Source: an uncultured Gemmatimonadaceae bacterium
GTDB taxonomy: Bacteria; Gemmatimonadota; Gemmatimonadetes; Longimicrobiales; Gaopeijiaceae
DNA length: 29,595 bases
Direction: 5' to 3'
Assembly (NCBI GenBank): GCA_964615515.1
Contig: CAZTOF010000740.1
Span: forward strand, 1 to 29,595
The notes under the pieces were generated by a model that saw only the letters and a program-made list of their open reading frames with translations, made no database searches and was not told the DNA's origin. A program made the translations under genes and the position numbers. This document shows, piece after piece, positions 8,090 through 16,833 of the stretch (position 1 is the stretch's first letter; every line of letters begins with the position of its first letter).

Positions 8090-11000
8090 CTAGAACGACA
8101 GGCGGGTGGAAAGCGTGATGCGGCGCGGAACCGGAATACCCCAGCCTTCCGTCGAATCGAGGAAGTTGCAGTCGAGGCCGCCGTTGCACCGGCCCAGCAC
8201 GTTGCCCTCGGGATCCATGCCCGGGTAGTCCCCAAGCATGAAGAGCCGCAGGTTGCGTACGCCCAGGTTCACTGTGGCGGTCGAAACGCCCCACTCCTCA
8301 ACCACGTCGCTCGGTACCCGGTAGACCAGTGACAGCTCCCGCCACTGCACCCAACTGGCGTCGTAGATGCCGTTCATGCCGCTCATCGGTGAGAGCCCCT
8401 CGATCTCCTTGACCCATGCGATCGCCGCGTCGAGCCGGTCCTGCGATGAAGTCGCCGGGTTCAGCATGGTCGAGTAGAGCTCCGCGGCCCGGGGCGTGTT
8501 GCGCCCGATGAAGCCGTTGGACCTGCGGAACATGCCGGACAGGTCCTGCACCTGGTGGCCGAACTTGTACTCGAAGAGCGTGCTCAGCTCGAAGTTGCCG
8601 GCGAACGCGATGTTGAAGCCGAAGGAACCGGCGAAGTCGGGGGCCGGCTTGCCCAGATAGCTGAGCAACAGCCCCTCCCCGCAGTTGTGCGAAGCCAACT
8701 CGCCGTTGGGCGTGCCGAACGGATAGGGCTTCTTGGTGTCGGGATCGATACCGGTCTCGTTTCCGAGCGCCAACGGCTTGAAGCTGCTCGGATCGCGGGG
8801 CACGCTGAAGTACTCCATGGCCTGCATTTCCGTGGGAACCTGGCACACCCCGTCAACGGGCGGAGCGTTGGGGAGGTTCAGCGGAATCGCCTCGTCGGCC
8901 AGCTTGGCCCCGAAGAACGCCGCGGGTGCGTAGCCTTCCGTCAGGTAGTTCCGATAACGCGGATAGCTGCCGCCGGTCTTCAGCGGCGGCGCACCGCCCA
9001 TGTCGGTGATTTCCTGGTACTCGTACGCCGTGTTGGCGAAGACATTCGCCGACAGCCCCTCCTGCTGCAGCACGGCGCCGCGCAGGTTCAACTCCAGGCC
9101 GTGGGCCTTCATCTCGCCGATGTTGTCGAGCTGGGTCTGGGTGAATCCACCGGTCACGGGGAACTGGCGCGCCACCAGCACGTCCGTGCCCTTGCGGTTC
9201 CAGAAGGTGGCCTCCATCGACCAGCTGTCGTCCAGGAAGCCCATCTCGGTGCCGAATTCGATTTCGGTCGACACCTCGGGTCTGAGGTCCGGGTTGCCGA
9301 GATTCGCGGGCCTCACGCCCGGGCCAGCCTCCGAACCCTGCGATGAGAAGGTCGTGAACTTGTCGAAGGCGCCGGGCTGAAGTCCCGATTTTCCGATGGC
9401 GCCGCGCAGGCGGAAGGTGGAAAGCGTCTCCGATGACGTTTCCATGGCGCGAAGCGGCTCCATCGACAGCGAGACCTTGGGGTAGAAGGCGGTGTTGAAG
9501 TTCTCGCCGAAGGCCGAGTTGGCGTCCCAGCGCCCCCCCAGCGTCAGAAAGAACCAGTTGTCCACGCCCAGCTGGTTCTGCAGGTAGCCCCCGACCTGCG
9601 TCACCCTCAGCCAGGTCTCGTAGGAGCCCTCGGAACCCAGGGCCGACAGCGTCGACAGCCCGGGTCCCGGGAAATCGCGGCCGCTGCCGCCGGCGGACTG
9701 GCGCTGCCGTACGAAGCCCTGTCCACCGAAGAGGAAGGTGTTCTCGATCCGGTCTGTGCCGTGGACGTACGAACCCTTGACGTCCGCCGTGATCTCCCGG
9801 CTGCGGTCCTCGTTCACGGCCCGCCAGCCGTCCGGCGTCGAGCCCGAGAATCCGTCCACGTTCCAGGCGTAGGGGCGGAAGGCCACGGCATCGTCGGAGG
9901 TGAAGTCCATGCCGAAGGCGCCCGAGAGGCGGAAGTTATCAGTCGGCGTGTACTCGAGGTTCGCGGTGCCGGTGAAGTGCTGCGAGTTCACGAAGTTCTG
10001 CTGGTACATGTTCTCGCGCAGCGTGGCGAAGGCCGGCTGCCCGTACTGGTTGATCCTGCCGCCGTCCAGATCGGGGTTCGTGTTGGCCAGCCGCAGTTGC
10101 ATCATGAGCGCGGACGAGAAGACCCCGAAAATGTTGTTGGAGTTGTCCGGCGTGTGGTGTTCCATGTCGGAGAACAGCGTGGACACCCCGATGCGCAGCT
10201 TGCTGTTCGGCATCACGGTGAAGTTGGACGTCATCGACGCGCGGCGGTTCCTGTCGGTCTCCGGCTCGATCCCCTCGACGGGCTCGAAGTTCTGGGCGGC
10301 GTCGTAGGGGCCGTCCTCGTTTGTCAGCCGGCCGGACACATAGTATTGGAACGTCTGGGAGCCGCCCGAAACGGAACCGGAGAAGGCCTGGCCCACACCC
10401 AAAGTCAGCATTTCGGGAACCAGGTCCCGCTCGACCGGCGTGAATGCATCGAGGTCTTTCAGATCCCAGCGATCCTCCATTCGCGCCAGAGTCGCGTCCT
10501 TGATCGCATCGTCGTTCGGGCCGGTGCACCCGGGCGCGGCACACGCCCGCCCCGCGAAGTCCGCCATCGGTAGGATCCGGTTCGTGGGAACCGAAATCCC
10601 GGTCAGGTCGACCTGGGCGGTGAAGCGCGGCCTGCCGATCTGTCCCCGCTTGGTGAAGATCTGGATCACGCCGTTCGACGCTTCCGTTCCGTACAGGGTC
10701 GCGGCGGCCGCACCCTTGAGGATCTCGATGCGGTCGATCGACTCGGGCGGGATGTCGTCGAGGCGCGACGGGCTGCCCTGGCCGTTGAAGCTCTGCACGG
10801 CCGAGCGGTCCACGCGGATCCCGTCCACGTAGACGATGGGCTCGTTGAGCTGGGTGAGCGAGGCCGAGCCGCGGATGCGGATGCGGGCGCCCTCGCCGGT
10901 GTACCCCGACGAAGGGAGCGCGACCACACCCGGCTCCCGCCCCGCGATCAGCTGGCTGAAGTCGCTGACCGGGGCGTTCTCGAGCGCGGCCGTGTTCAGG

Positions 11001-11431
11001 GTGGCGATCGTGTTGCCGAGCTTGCGCTTCTCGGTCACGATGCCGGCGCCGGTCACGACGAGTTCGTCGAGCGCGATCACGGTCTGGTTGAGCTGGAAGT
11101 TGAGCTCCACCGTGCCCCCGGCCGCGACGGTCACCGTCTGCTCGCCTTCCCGGTATCCGACCCGCGCGGCGCGAACCGTGTACTCGCCGGCCGGAACCGA
11201 CAGCACCAGGTAGCCTCCCGAGGCGTTGGTCGGGACCCCGAACGCGGTGCCCACGAGCGACACCAGCACCCCCTCCAGCGGCCGCAGGGACCCCGCGTCG
11301 GTCACGCGGCCGGTGACGGTGCCGGTTGCCTGCGCGGAGGCGCCCGGTGCGAGGACAAAGGCCGCCGTCAGGGCCAGGCACAGCCTTGCCGCCCCCTCTA
11401 TGAGGCGAGTTCGAAACAAGTCAGGAATCAT
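8090..11431 (-). CDS. SusC/RagA family TonB-dependent transporter
   Basis: Signal peptide; carboxypeptidase-regulatory-like N-domain (GTVTGRVTDA); TonB box LDELVVTG; plug motifs IRIRGSASL and IEILKGAAAATLYGTEASNGVIQIFTK; NPDLRPE; terminal Phe; SD GGAGG 8 nt upstream. Confidence 0.95.
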   Translation of the reverse strand: MIPDLFRTRLIEGAARLCLALTAAFVLAPGASAQATGTVTGRVTDAGSLRPLEGVLVSLVGTAFGVPTNASGGYLVLSVPAGEYTVRAARVGYREGEQTVTVAAGGTVELNFQLNQTVIALDELVVTGAGIVTEKRKLGNTIATLNTAALENAPVSDFSQLIAGREPGVVALPSSGYTGEGARIRIRGSASLTQLNEPIVYVDGIRVDRSAVQSFNGQGSPSRLDDIPPESIDRIEILKGAAAATLYGTEASNGVIQIFTKRGQIGRPRFTAQVDLTGISVPTNRILPMADFAGRACAAPGCTGPNDDAIKDATLARMEDRWDLKDLDAFTPVERDLVPEMLTLGVGQAFSGSVSGGSQTFQYYVSGRLTNEDGPYDAAQNFEPVEGIEPETDRNRRASMTSNFTVMPNSKLRIGVSTLFSDMEHHTPDNSNNIFGVFSSALMMQLRLANTNPDLDGGRINQYGQPAFATLRENMYQQNFVNSQHFTGTANLEYTPTDNFRLSGAFGMDFTSDDAVAFRPYAWNVDGFSGSTPDGWRAVNEDRSREITADVKGSYVHGTDRIENTFLFGGQGFVRQRQSAGGSGRDFPGPGLSTLSALGSEGSYETWLRVTQVGGYLQNQLGVDNWFFLTLGGRWDANSAFGENFNTAFYPKVSLSMEPLRAMETSSETLSTFRLRGAIGKSGLQPGAFDKFTTFSSQGSEAGPGVRPANLGNPDLRPEVSTEIEFGTEMGFLDDSWSMEATFWNRKGTDVLVARQFPVTGGFTQTQLDNIGEMKAHGLELNLRGAVLQQEGLSANVFANTAYEYQEITDMGGAPPLKTGGSYPRYRNYLTEGYAPAAFFGAKLADEAIPLNLPNAPPVDGVCQVPTEMQAMEYFSVPRDPSSFKPLALGNETGIDPDTKKPYPFGTPNGELASHNCGEGLLLSYLGKPAPDFAGSFGFNIAFAGNFELSTLFEYKFGHQVQDLSGMFRRSNGFIGRNTPRAAELYSTMLNPATSSQDRLDAAIAWVKEIEGLSPMSGMNGIYDASWVQWRELSLVYRVPSDVVEEWGVSTATVNLGVRNLRLFMLGDYPGMDPEGNVLGRCNGGLDCNFLDSTEGWGIPVPRRITLSTRLSF

Positions 11432-11579
11432 GTCATCTACCTCCGATCGCTCCAGTTGCGAGCACTAAGGAGTACGCTACACGCCCAATCCGTCCGGATT
11501 CCCCCGGGAGACCTCCCGGCCAGGGCCTCACAGTCTCTCCCCTCGAAACCTCTACCGCGATCAGGCGGCCAACACCCAA

Positions 11580-11608
11580 AAGCTAAACCGGGTCAATGCC
11601 CCGGGCAA
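11580..11608 (-). promoter_or_regulatory. Candidate sigma70 promoter for the susCD cluster
   Basis: Minus strand TTGCCC-N17-TAGCTT, giving a leader of about 140 nt before the susC ATG. Confidence 0.45.
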
Positions 11609-11753
11609 CGACTTTCGGGGCGCAGGCCCACCGGAGGCGTGGGTCGGCGAGCGGCGGCCCAGCCACCCCCCGCATGGCGAAACTCGCGGCCCGGTGCAGC
11701 TCTGTTTCCCACCGATTCCGAGCACCTTGTCGGGCTCGCGGGCCATCCCCGCA

Positions 11754-12140
11754 TCAGCCAACCCTCGCCACCACCTCGATTTCCACGTCCACGCCCTTGG
11801 GGAGTCCCCCCACCGCCACCGTCGCACGGGCGGGTCGATGGTCGCCGAAGTGCCTGGCGTAGACCGTGTTCATATCGGCGAAAAAGGCCATGTCGGAGAG
11901 GTACACGGTCGTCTTCACCACCGTCCGCAGGCCACCTCCCGCCGCCGCGAGCACGGCCGCCAGATTCCTCATGACCCGGTCGGTCTGGTCCCGCACCGGC
12001 CCCTCCACGAGCAACCCGGTCCGCGGGTCGATGGGAATCTGGCCGGATGCGAAGATCCAGCCGCCGGACACGATCGCCTGGGAATAGGGCCCGAGGGCCT
12101 CGGGGGCGTGGGCGGTGTGGACGGCGGCGATTTCCGGCAT
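11754..12140 (-). CDS. ridA: RidA/YjgF/UK114 enamine-imine deaminase
   Basis: APEALGPYSQAI, FASGQIPIDP, VVKTTVYLSDM, FADMNTVY, PARATVAVGGLPKGVDVEIE; 128 aa from the ATG at 12140. Confidence 0.95.
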   Translation of the reverse strand: MPEIAAVHTAHAPEALGPYSQAIVSGGWIFASGQIPIDPRTGLLVEGPVRDQTDRVMRNLAAVLAAAGGGLRTVVKTTVYLSDMAFFADMNTVYARHFGDHRPARATVAVGGLPKGVDVEIEVVARVG

Positions 12141-12443
12141 CTCCTGTCGATTCTCCGTGCTGGCGGGGTCGGGCGGCGCCGACAACTCTGGCTTTACCCG
12201 GACGCCCAAGTCAACCCGTGACCCGGGAATCGCCCGCGGACGAGCACCGCGGTCCCCGGGAGTGGCGGCCCCATCTCCGTCACAAACCCTGCGGAAACCG
12301 CTCCGCGGGATCGGCGCAGCGCTCGCCGCCTGTCCGCCCGGTTCGCTGCGACGACGTCTCGCGGCATAGTGGAACCGCGCCGGGAGAGCGGTTTCCGGGG
12401 GAGCGGCAGGCTCGGCGCCGCAGAGCCTGCCGTAACACAAATG

Positions 12444-12472
12444 TGGTCATGGCGGTCATAATGGTGTATTCT
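12444..12472 (+). promoter_or_regulatory. Candidate sigma70 promoter for the structured RNA
   Basis: TGGTCA (12444-12449)-N17-TATTCT (12467-12472); predicted +1 near 12479, which is where the hairpin begins. Confidence 0.55.
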
Positions 12473-12478
12473 CCAAGG

Positions 12479-12647
12479 GAGGGTGTGGATCCGAAGCCGC
12501 CATCCCGCCGCATTCGCCGGGTCACCCAACGTGGCCGGGCGCGCGTCGGCAAGGACCTCCGTCCCGAACGCAGTGTATAGGAAGGACAGGTCGGTCAAGG
12601 CCCGGGGGCAGCGAACCGGCAACCGTCGGCGGCTCGGTCCGCGGCTC
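12479..12647 (+). ncRNA. Rod-shaped ~170-nt structured RNA, candidate 6S RNA
   Basis: Nested helices by eye: 12484-89/12638-43, 12491-94/12634-37, 12496-501/12628-33, 12516-20/12616-20, 12535-40/12600-05, 12554-58/12588-92, 12561-64/12584-87. Large internal loop at RNA positions ~43-56 and ~128-137. G-U pairs favour the plus strand. Confidence 0.55.
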
Positions 12648-12678
12648 GGGAAGACATCACGCGAAATAGAGGGCAGTC

Positions 12679-15600
12679 ATGTCAGCAATGAGACGCACAT
12701 TCGCATATCCGGGCGCCCGGGCACTCGCCGCGGCGGGTGTCCTCGGACTCCTGCTTACCCTGCCCCTTCCGGCTGCCGCCCAGTACTTCGGGCGCAACAA
12801 GGTGCAGTATGAGAGCCGTGATTTCCTGGTCCTGACGTCCCAGAACTGGGAGATCCACTTCTACGCCGAAGAGGCCGAGGCGGTCGAGGACATGGCCCGC
12901 ATGGCCGAGCGGTGGTACGAACGCTTCTCGCGTGCGTTTCAGCACGAATTCGAGACCCGGAAGCCGCTGGTCATCTACGCGGACCACCCGGACTTCCAGC
13001 AGACCAACACCCTGGCGGGGGCGATCGGCCAGGGAACGGGCGGCGTCACCGAATCGCTCAAGAACCGGGTGATCATGCCGCTGACCGCCTCGTACCGGGA
13101 AACCGACCGTATCCTGGGACACGAACTGGTGCACGCCTTCCAGTTCAACATCGCCCAGAACCGTCTGAACGGCGGCTTCATGAACCTGGTCCGCCTGCCG
13201 CTGTGGCTCGTCGAGGGCATGGCCGAGTACATGTCGATGGGCCGTGAGCACCCCCACACGGCCATGTGGCTCAGGGACCACATCCTGCGCGACGACAAGC
13301 CGACCCTCAAGGAGATCACGCGCGACCCCAGGTATTTCGCCTACCGCTTCGGACAGGCCTTCCTCTCCTACGTGGGAGGCACCTACGGGGACGACGCCAC
13401 CCAGGATTTCTTCCGCACGGCGCTGCAGCGCGGATGGGAGCCCGCGGTCGAACACGTCTTCGGCATGCCGGCCGACAGCCTCTCGGCGCAGTGGTGGGAA
13501 GCGATCGAGACGGCGTACCGGCCACTGATGGCGGGGAAGACGGTTCCCTACGAGACCGGCGACGTCCTGCTCTGCGAGGAATGCGGCGCGGGGCGCACCA
13601 ACGTGGCACCGTCGCTGAGCCCCGATGGCCGCTATATCGTCTTCCAGTCCGAGAAGGACCTCTTCTCGATGGACCTGTTCCTGGCGGACATCGCCACCGG
13701 AAAGATCCTGCGCACCTTGCGCCGGAACGAAACGGCGTACATCGACGGCATCCGTTTCATCGACAGCAGCGGCTCCTGGTCGCCCGACAGCCGCAAGCTC
13801 GCCTTCGTCGTCTTCGCCGAAGGGAACAACCAGCTCGCGATCATCGACGTCCAGAGCGGCCGCCTGGAAGACCGCATCGACATCGAGGGGCTCGGGGCGA
13901 TTCAGAACCCGGCCTGGTCTCCGGACGGACGGCGGATCGCCTTTACGGGCCTCAAGGGAGGAATCACCGACCTCTACCTGTACGATTTCGAAACGGCGAC
14001 CGTCCAGCAGCTGACCAACGACAAGCACGCCGATCTCCAGGCCGCCTGGTCGCCGGACGGCCGGACGCTGGTCTTCGTGTCCGACCGGAGCGACGAAACG
14101 AACTTCGAGACGCTGACCTTCGGCAACTACGTGCTGTCCTTCCTGGACCTGGAGACGCTGGCTGTCGCGCCGCTCTCGGTCTTCGACGGGGCCAAGCACA
14201 TCAATCCGGTCTACGATCAGACGGGTGAAGGCGTGTTCTTCGTATCGGATGCCGACGGCTTCTCCGACATCTACCACCTGCGCCTGGCGGACGGCGAAAT
14301 GCGGCGGATCACCCGGGCCGTCACCGGGATCAGCGGCATCACGGCCAGTTCACCGGCCTTTTCCTACTCCCCGCGGACCAACCTTCTCGCCTTTTCCGTC
14401 TTCCACGAGCGCGGGTATGTCATCAACACGGCCTATCCCGATGACATTTCCACCCTGGTGGACGTGGTCGCCGACGGCGGTACCCATCCGGGGCGTCTGC
14501 TTCCACCCGGCAGGCCCGGCTTCCAGAGCCGGGTGGCGAGATACCTGGCCGACCCCTATACGGGCCTTGTGGGAGACAGCATCTACACGGCGGAACAGGC
14601 GGAAGAGTACGATCCTTCGCTGCAACTCGACTACATCGGCCAGCCGATGATCGGAATCGGCGCCGACCCCTACGGGGCCAGTGCCGCGGGCGGGACCACC
14701 GCGACCTTCAGCGACATGCTGGGGGACCGGTTCCTCGGAGTTCAGATACTGGCCAACGGGAGTTTCCGGGACATCGGCGGAATGGTGTTCTACATGAACC
14801 AGAAACACCGCTGGAACTGGGGTCTGGGGCTCCGGCACATCCCGATCCTCCGTCGCTTCGTGGATCCCAACACGCAGGGTCAGCTGACCATTTTCAGCCA
14901 ACGCGTGATCCTGGACGTGGCGGACGCCGTAGTGGCCTTCCCCCTCTCGGGAACCCGGCGACTCGAGGGCGGATTGGCCCTGAGCCGCTATTCGTACCAC
15001 CTGGAGGCGGAGACGTGGCACATCGACAGGTACGGGCGCCCCTACGACTACGAGCGCCAGAAACTCCAGTCGTATGATCCCCTGAATCTGGCATCCGCCT
15101 CCGCGGCCTTCGTGGGCGACAACTCCTATCTGGCGTTCACGAGTCCGGTTCGGGGCGAGCGCTTTCGCCTGGAAGCCGGGACCACCCACGGTACGATCAA
15201 CTTCCAGACCATCACGGCGGACTACCGGCGCTACTTCAACAACGGCGGTCCCCTCACCCTGGCCGCCCGCGGACTTCACCTGGGGCGCTACGGAGACCTT
15301 CAGGAGGTGGAAGACCGCATCTATCCGCTTTTCCTGGGCTGGGAGACGTTCATCCGCGGCTACTCCTACAACTCGTTCGACTTCAGCGTGGAATGCACGT
15401 CTTCGGCCGAATCCGGGTGCCTGGAAATCGACAGGCTGCAGGGGCAGCGGGTCGGCGTGCTGAATGCGGAGCTTCGCGTGCCCGTTACCGGGATCGAGGA
15501 ATTCGGACTGTTCAACTTCCCGTACCTGCCCATCGAGTTGACGGCGTTCGCCGACATCGGGCTGGCCTGGGACCGTGACCGGCCCGCGAGTCTGCTGTGG

Positions 15601-15759
15601 TCTCGCGAAGACCCCAGCCGGATTCCGGTCGCCAGCACCGGATTCTCCTTCCGATTCAACATTCTCGGGGCGCTGATCCTCGAATGGTACCACGCCTATC
15701 CCTGGCAGCGTCCGAACGCGGGTTGGGTCAGCGGCTTCCACTTCGCGCCGGGGTGGTAG
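12679..15759 (+). CDS. Zinc-peptidase (HExxH) + PD40/TolB-like propeller + Omp85/BamA-type barrel outer-membrane protein
   Basis: Signal peptide AAA-QYFGRNKVQY; GHELVHAFQ and WLVEGMAEY; repeated SPDG/WSPDG; C-terminal barrel with IRGY loop-6 motif, AFADIG and terminal GW; SD AGAGGG. Confidence 0.88.
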   Translation: MSAMRRTFAYPGARALAAAGVLGLLLTLPLPAAAQYFGRNKVQYESRDFLVLTSQNWEIHFYAEEAEAVEDMARMAERWYERFSRAFQHEFETRKPLVIYADHPDFQQTNTLAGAIGQGTGGVTESLKNRVIMPLTASYRETDRILGHELVHAFQFNIAQNRLNGGFMNLVRLPLWLVEGMAEYMSMGREHPHTAMWLRDHILRDDKPTLKEITRDPRYFAYRFGQAFLSYVGGTYGDDATQDFFRTALQRGWEPAVEHVFGMPADSLSAQWWEAIETAYRPLMAGKTVPYETGDVLLCEECGAGRTNVAPSLSPDGRYIVFQSEKDLFSMDLFLADIATGKILRTLRRNETAYIDGIRFIDSSGSWSPDSRKLAFVVFAEGNNQLAIIDVQSGRLEDRIDIEGLGAIQNPAWSPDGRRIAFTGLKGGITDLYLYDFETATVQQLTNDKHADLQAAWSPDGRTLVFVSDRSDETNFETLTFGNYVLSFLDLETLAVAPLSVFDGAKHINPVYDQTGEGVFFVSDADGFSDIYHLRLADGEMRRITRAVTGISGITASSPAFSYSPRTNLLAFSVFHERGYVINTAYPDDISTLVDVVADGGTHPGRLLPPGRPGFQSRVARYLADPYTGLVGDSIYTAEQAEEYDPSLQLDYIGQPMIGIGADPYGASAAGGTTATFSDMLGDRFLGVQILANGSFRDIGGMVFYMNQKHRWNWGLGLRHIPILRRFVDPNTQGQLTIFSQRVILDVADAVVAFPLSGTRRLEGGLALSRYSYHLEAETWHIDRYGRPYDYERQKLQSYDPLNLASASAAFVGDNSYLAFTSPVRGERFRLEAGTTHGTINFQTITADYRRYFNNGGPLTLAARGLHLGRYGDLQEVEDRIYPLFLGWETFIRGYSYNSFDFSVECTSSAESGCLEIDRLQGQRVGVLNAELRVPVTGIEEFGLFNFPYLPIELTAFADIGLAWDRDRPASLLWSREDPSRIPVASTGFSFRFNILGALILEWYHAYPWQRPNAGWVSGFHFAPGW

Positions 15760-15888
15760 CAAGGTACAGGGCGGCGCCGGGAGTCCGTGGACAAGCCCGC
15801 AGTCCGTGAGTGGACCCGCGCGCGTTCCGGGCACGGCGAGGCGCCCGGCCGGGAAGGCGCGACACGACGCCGGATAGCCGGATAGCTG

Positions 15889-16833
15889 CTAGAAGATCTC
15901 GATCTTCAGGTAGCGGCCCGGGTTGGTCTTCACGTCGACGAGGAGTTCGCGCAGGTTCTCTGCAGCCGCATTCATGGATTCGAAGAGCGAGTCGTCCGTC
16001 AACAGGCGCCCCATCGTGCCTTCACCCCGCTCCAGGCGGCCCAGGATGCCGTTCAGCGAGGCGATCGACTTCGCCATCTCGGTGGAGGTACGGTCGAGAA
16101 CGGCGAGCGTGGCCTCGGCGGAGGCGAGGGTTCGGCGCCATTCCTCGGCCCCGGTGATCCCTTCGACGTTCTCGGCCGACCGCTGGAGGCTTCCGGTCAG
16201 CGTGCGAAGCTCCTCGGCCTGACCCTCCGTAAGCCGTGAGAGGTCGCTCAGCACGTCCCGCAACGAGGACACGGCTTCGTTCGCGGCCACCACCGAGGAG
16301 TCGGTCAGCACGGCCTGGATCTGCTCGAGGACCTTCTCGGCGTCGCCCGCGAGTCCCCCGGCCGATTCCATCATCCCGGGAAACGATTCGCCCGGAATGA
16401 CCTCCATCGGCTCGACGAAGCGCTCGCCGCGGCCCGGCACGATCGACACCACCATACCCCCGAGCACCCCTTCCGCGGACAACTCGGTCCGCGACCCGGC
16501 GGGGATTCTCCATTCGCCTTCGATCTCCAGCGTGATCAGGACTCCCGTGCCATCCAGCTGCGAACGGAGAACCCTGCCGATGTTGATCCCGCGGAGCCGC
16601 ACAGGATCTCCATTGCGCACGCCCTGGGCATCGTTCACGTTTGTCAGGATCGTGTACCGGCCCCGGAATGTCCCCGGGTCGGTCATCAGGAAGAGGAAGA
16701 TGAGGAAGCCCGCGATTCCGAAGATCGCGAAGATCCCCACCCGAAACTCCCTCGCCTTCGCGGTAGGCGGTACGGCCCGCAGGACCTCCTGGTCGGAGAG
16801 CCCCGGATTGCGGGACGGCTCAGTGTTTTTCAT
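15889..16833 (-). CDS. mlaD: MlaD/MCE-domain protein with long helical C-terminus
   Basis: N-terminal TM helix (EFRVGIFAIFG), MCE motif GDPVRLRGINIGRV, GTMGRLLTD, ends NPGRYLKIEIF; ATGA overlap with mlaF. Confidence 0.92.
   Translation of the reverse strand: MKNTEPSRNPGLSDQEVLRAVPPTAKAREFRVGIFAIFGIAGFLIFLFLMTDPGTFRGRYTILTNVNDAQGVRNGDPVRLRGINIGRVLRSQLDGTGVLITLEIEGEWRIPAGSRTELSAEGVLGGMVVSIVPGRGERFVEPMEVIPGESFPGMMESAGGLAGDAEKVLEQIQAVLTDSSVVAANEAVSSLRDVLSDLSRLTEGQAEELRTLTGSLQRSAENVEGITGAEEWRRTLASAEATLAVLDRTSTEMAKSIASLNGILGRLERGEGTMGRLLTDDSLFESMNAAAENLRELLVDVKTNPGRYLKIEIF

Noticed and set aside
11428-11436. Minimal ORF ATG-ACA-TGA overlapping the susC start
   Set aside because: The SD is 8 nt from the true ATG but only 3 nt from this one, so it is probably incidental.
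11530-11560. GGAGAGAC in the susC leader resembling the start of a glycine riboswitch
   Set aside because: The conserved GCCGAAG and CUCUCAGG elements are absent.
11678-11690. 13-mer CGAAACTCGCGGC shared with 28478-28490
   Set aside because: A rough estimate gives about one such match by chance among the GC-rich intergenic DNA of this window; positions relative to genes differ.
15760-15888. Short repeats (GTCCGTG x2, GCCGGATA x2) between the convergent Omp85 and mlaD genes
   Set aside because: Too short to be significant; no convincing terminator or REP-like family visible.
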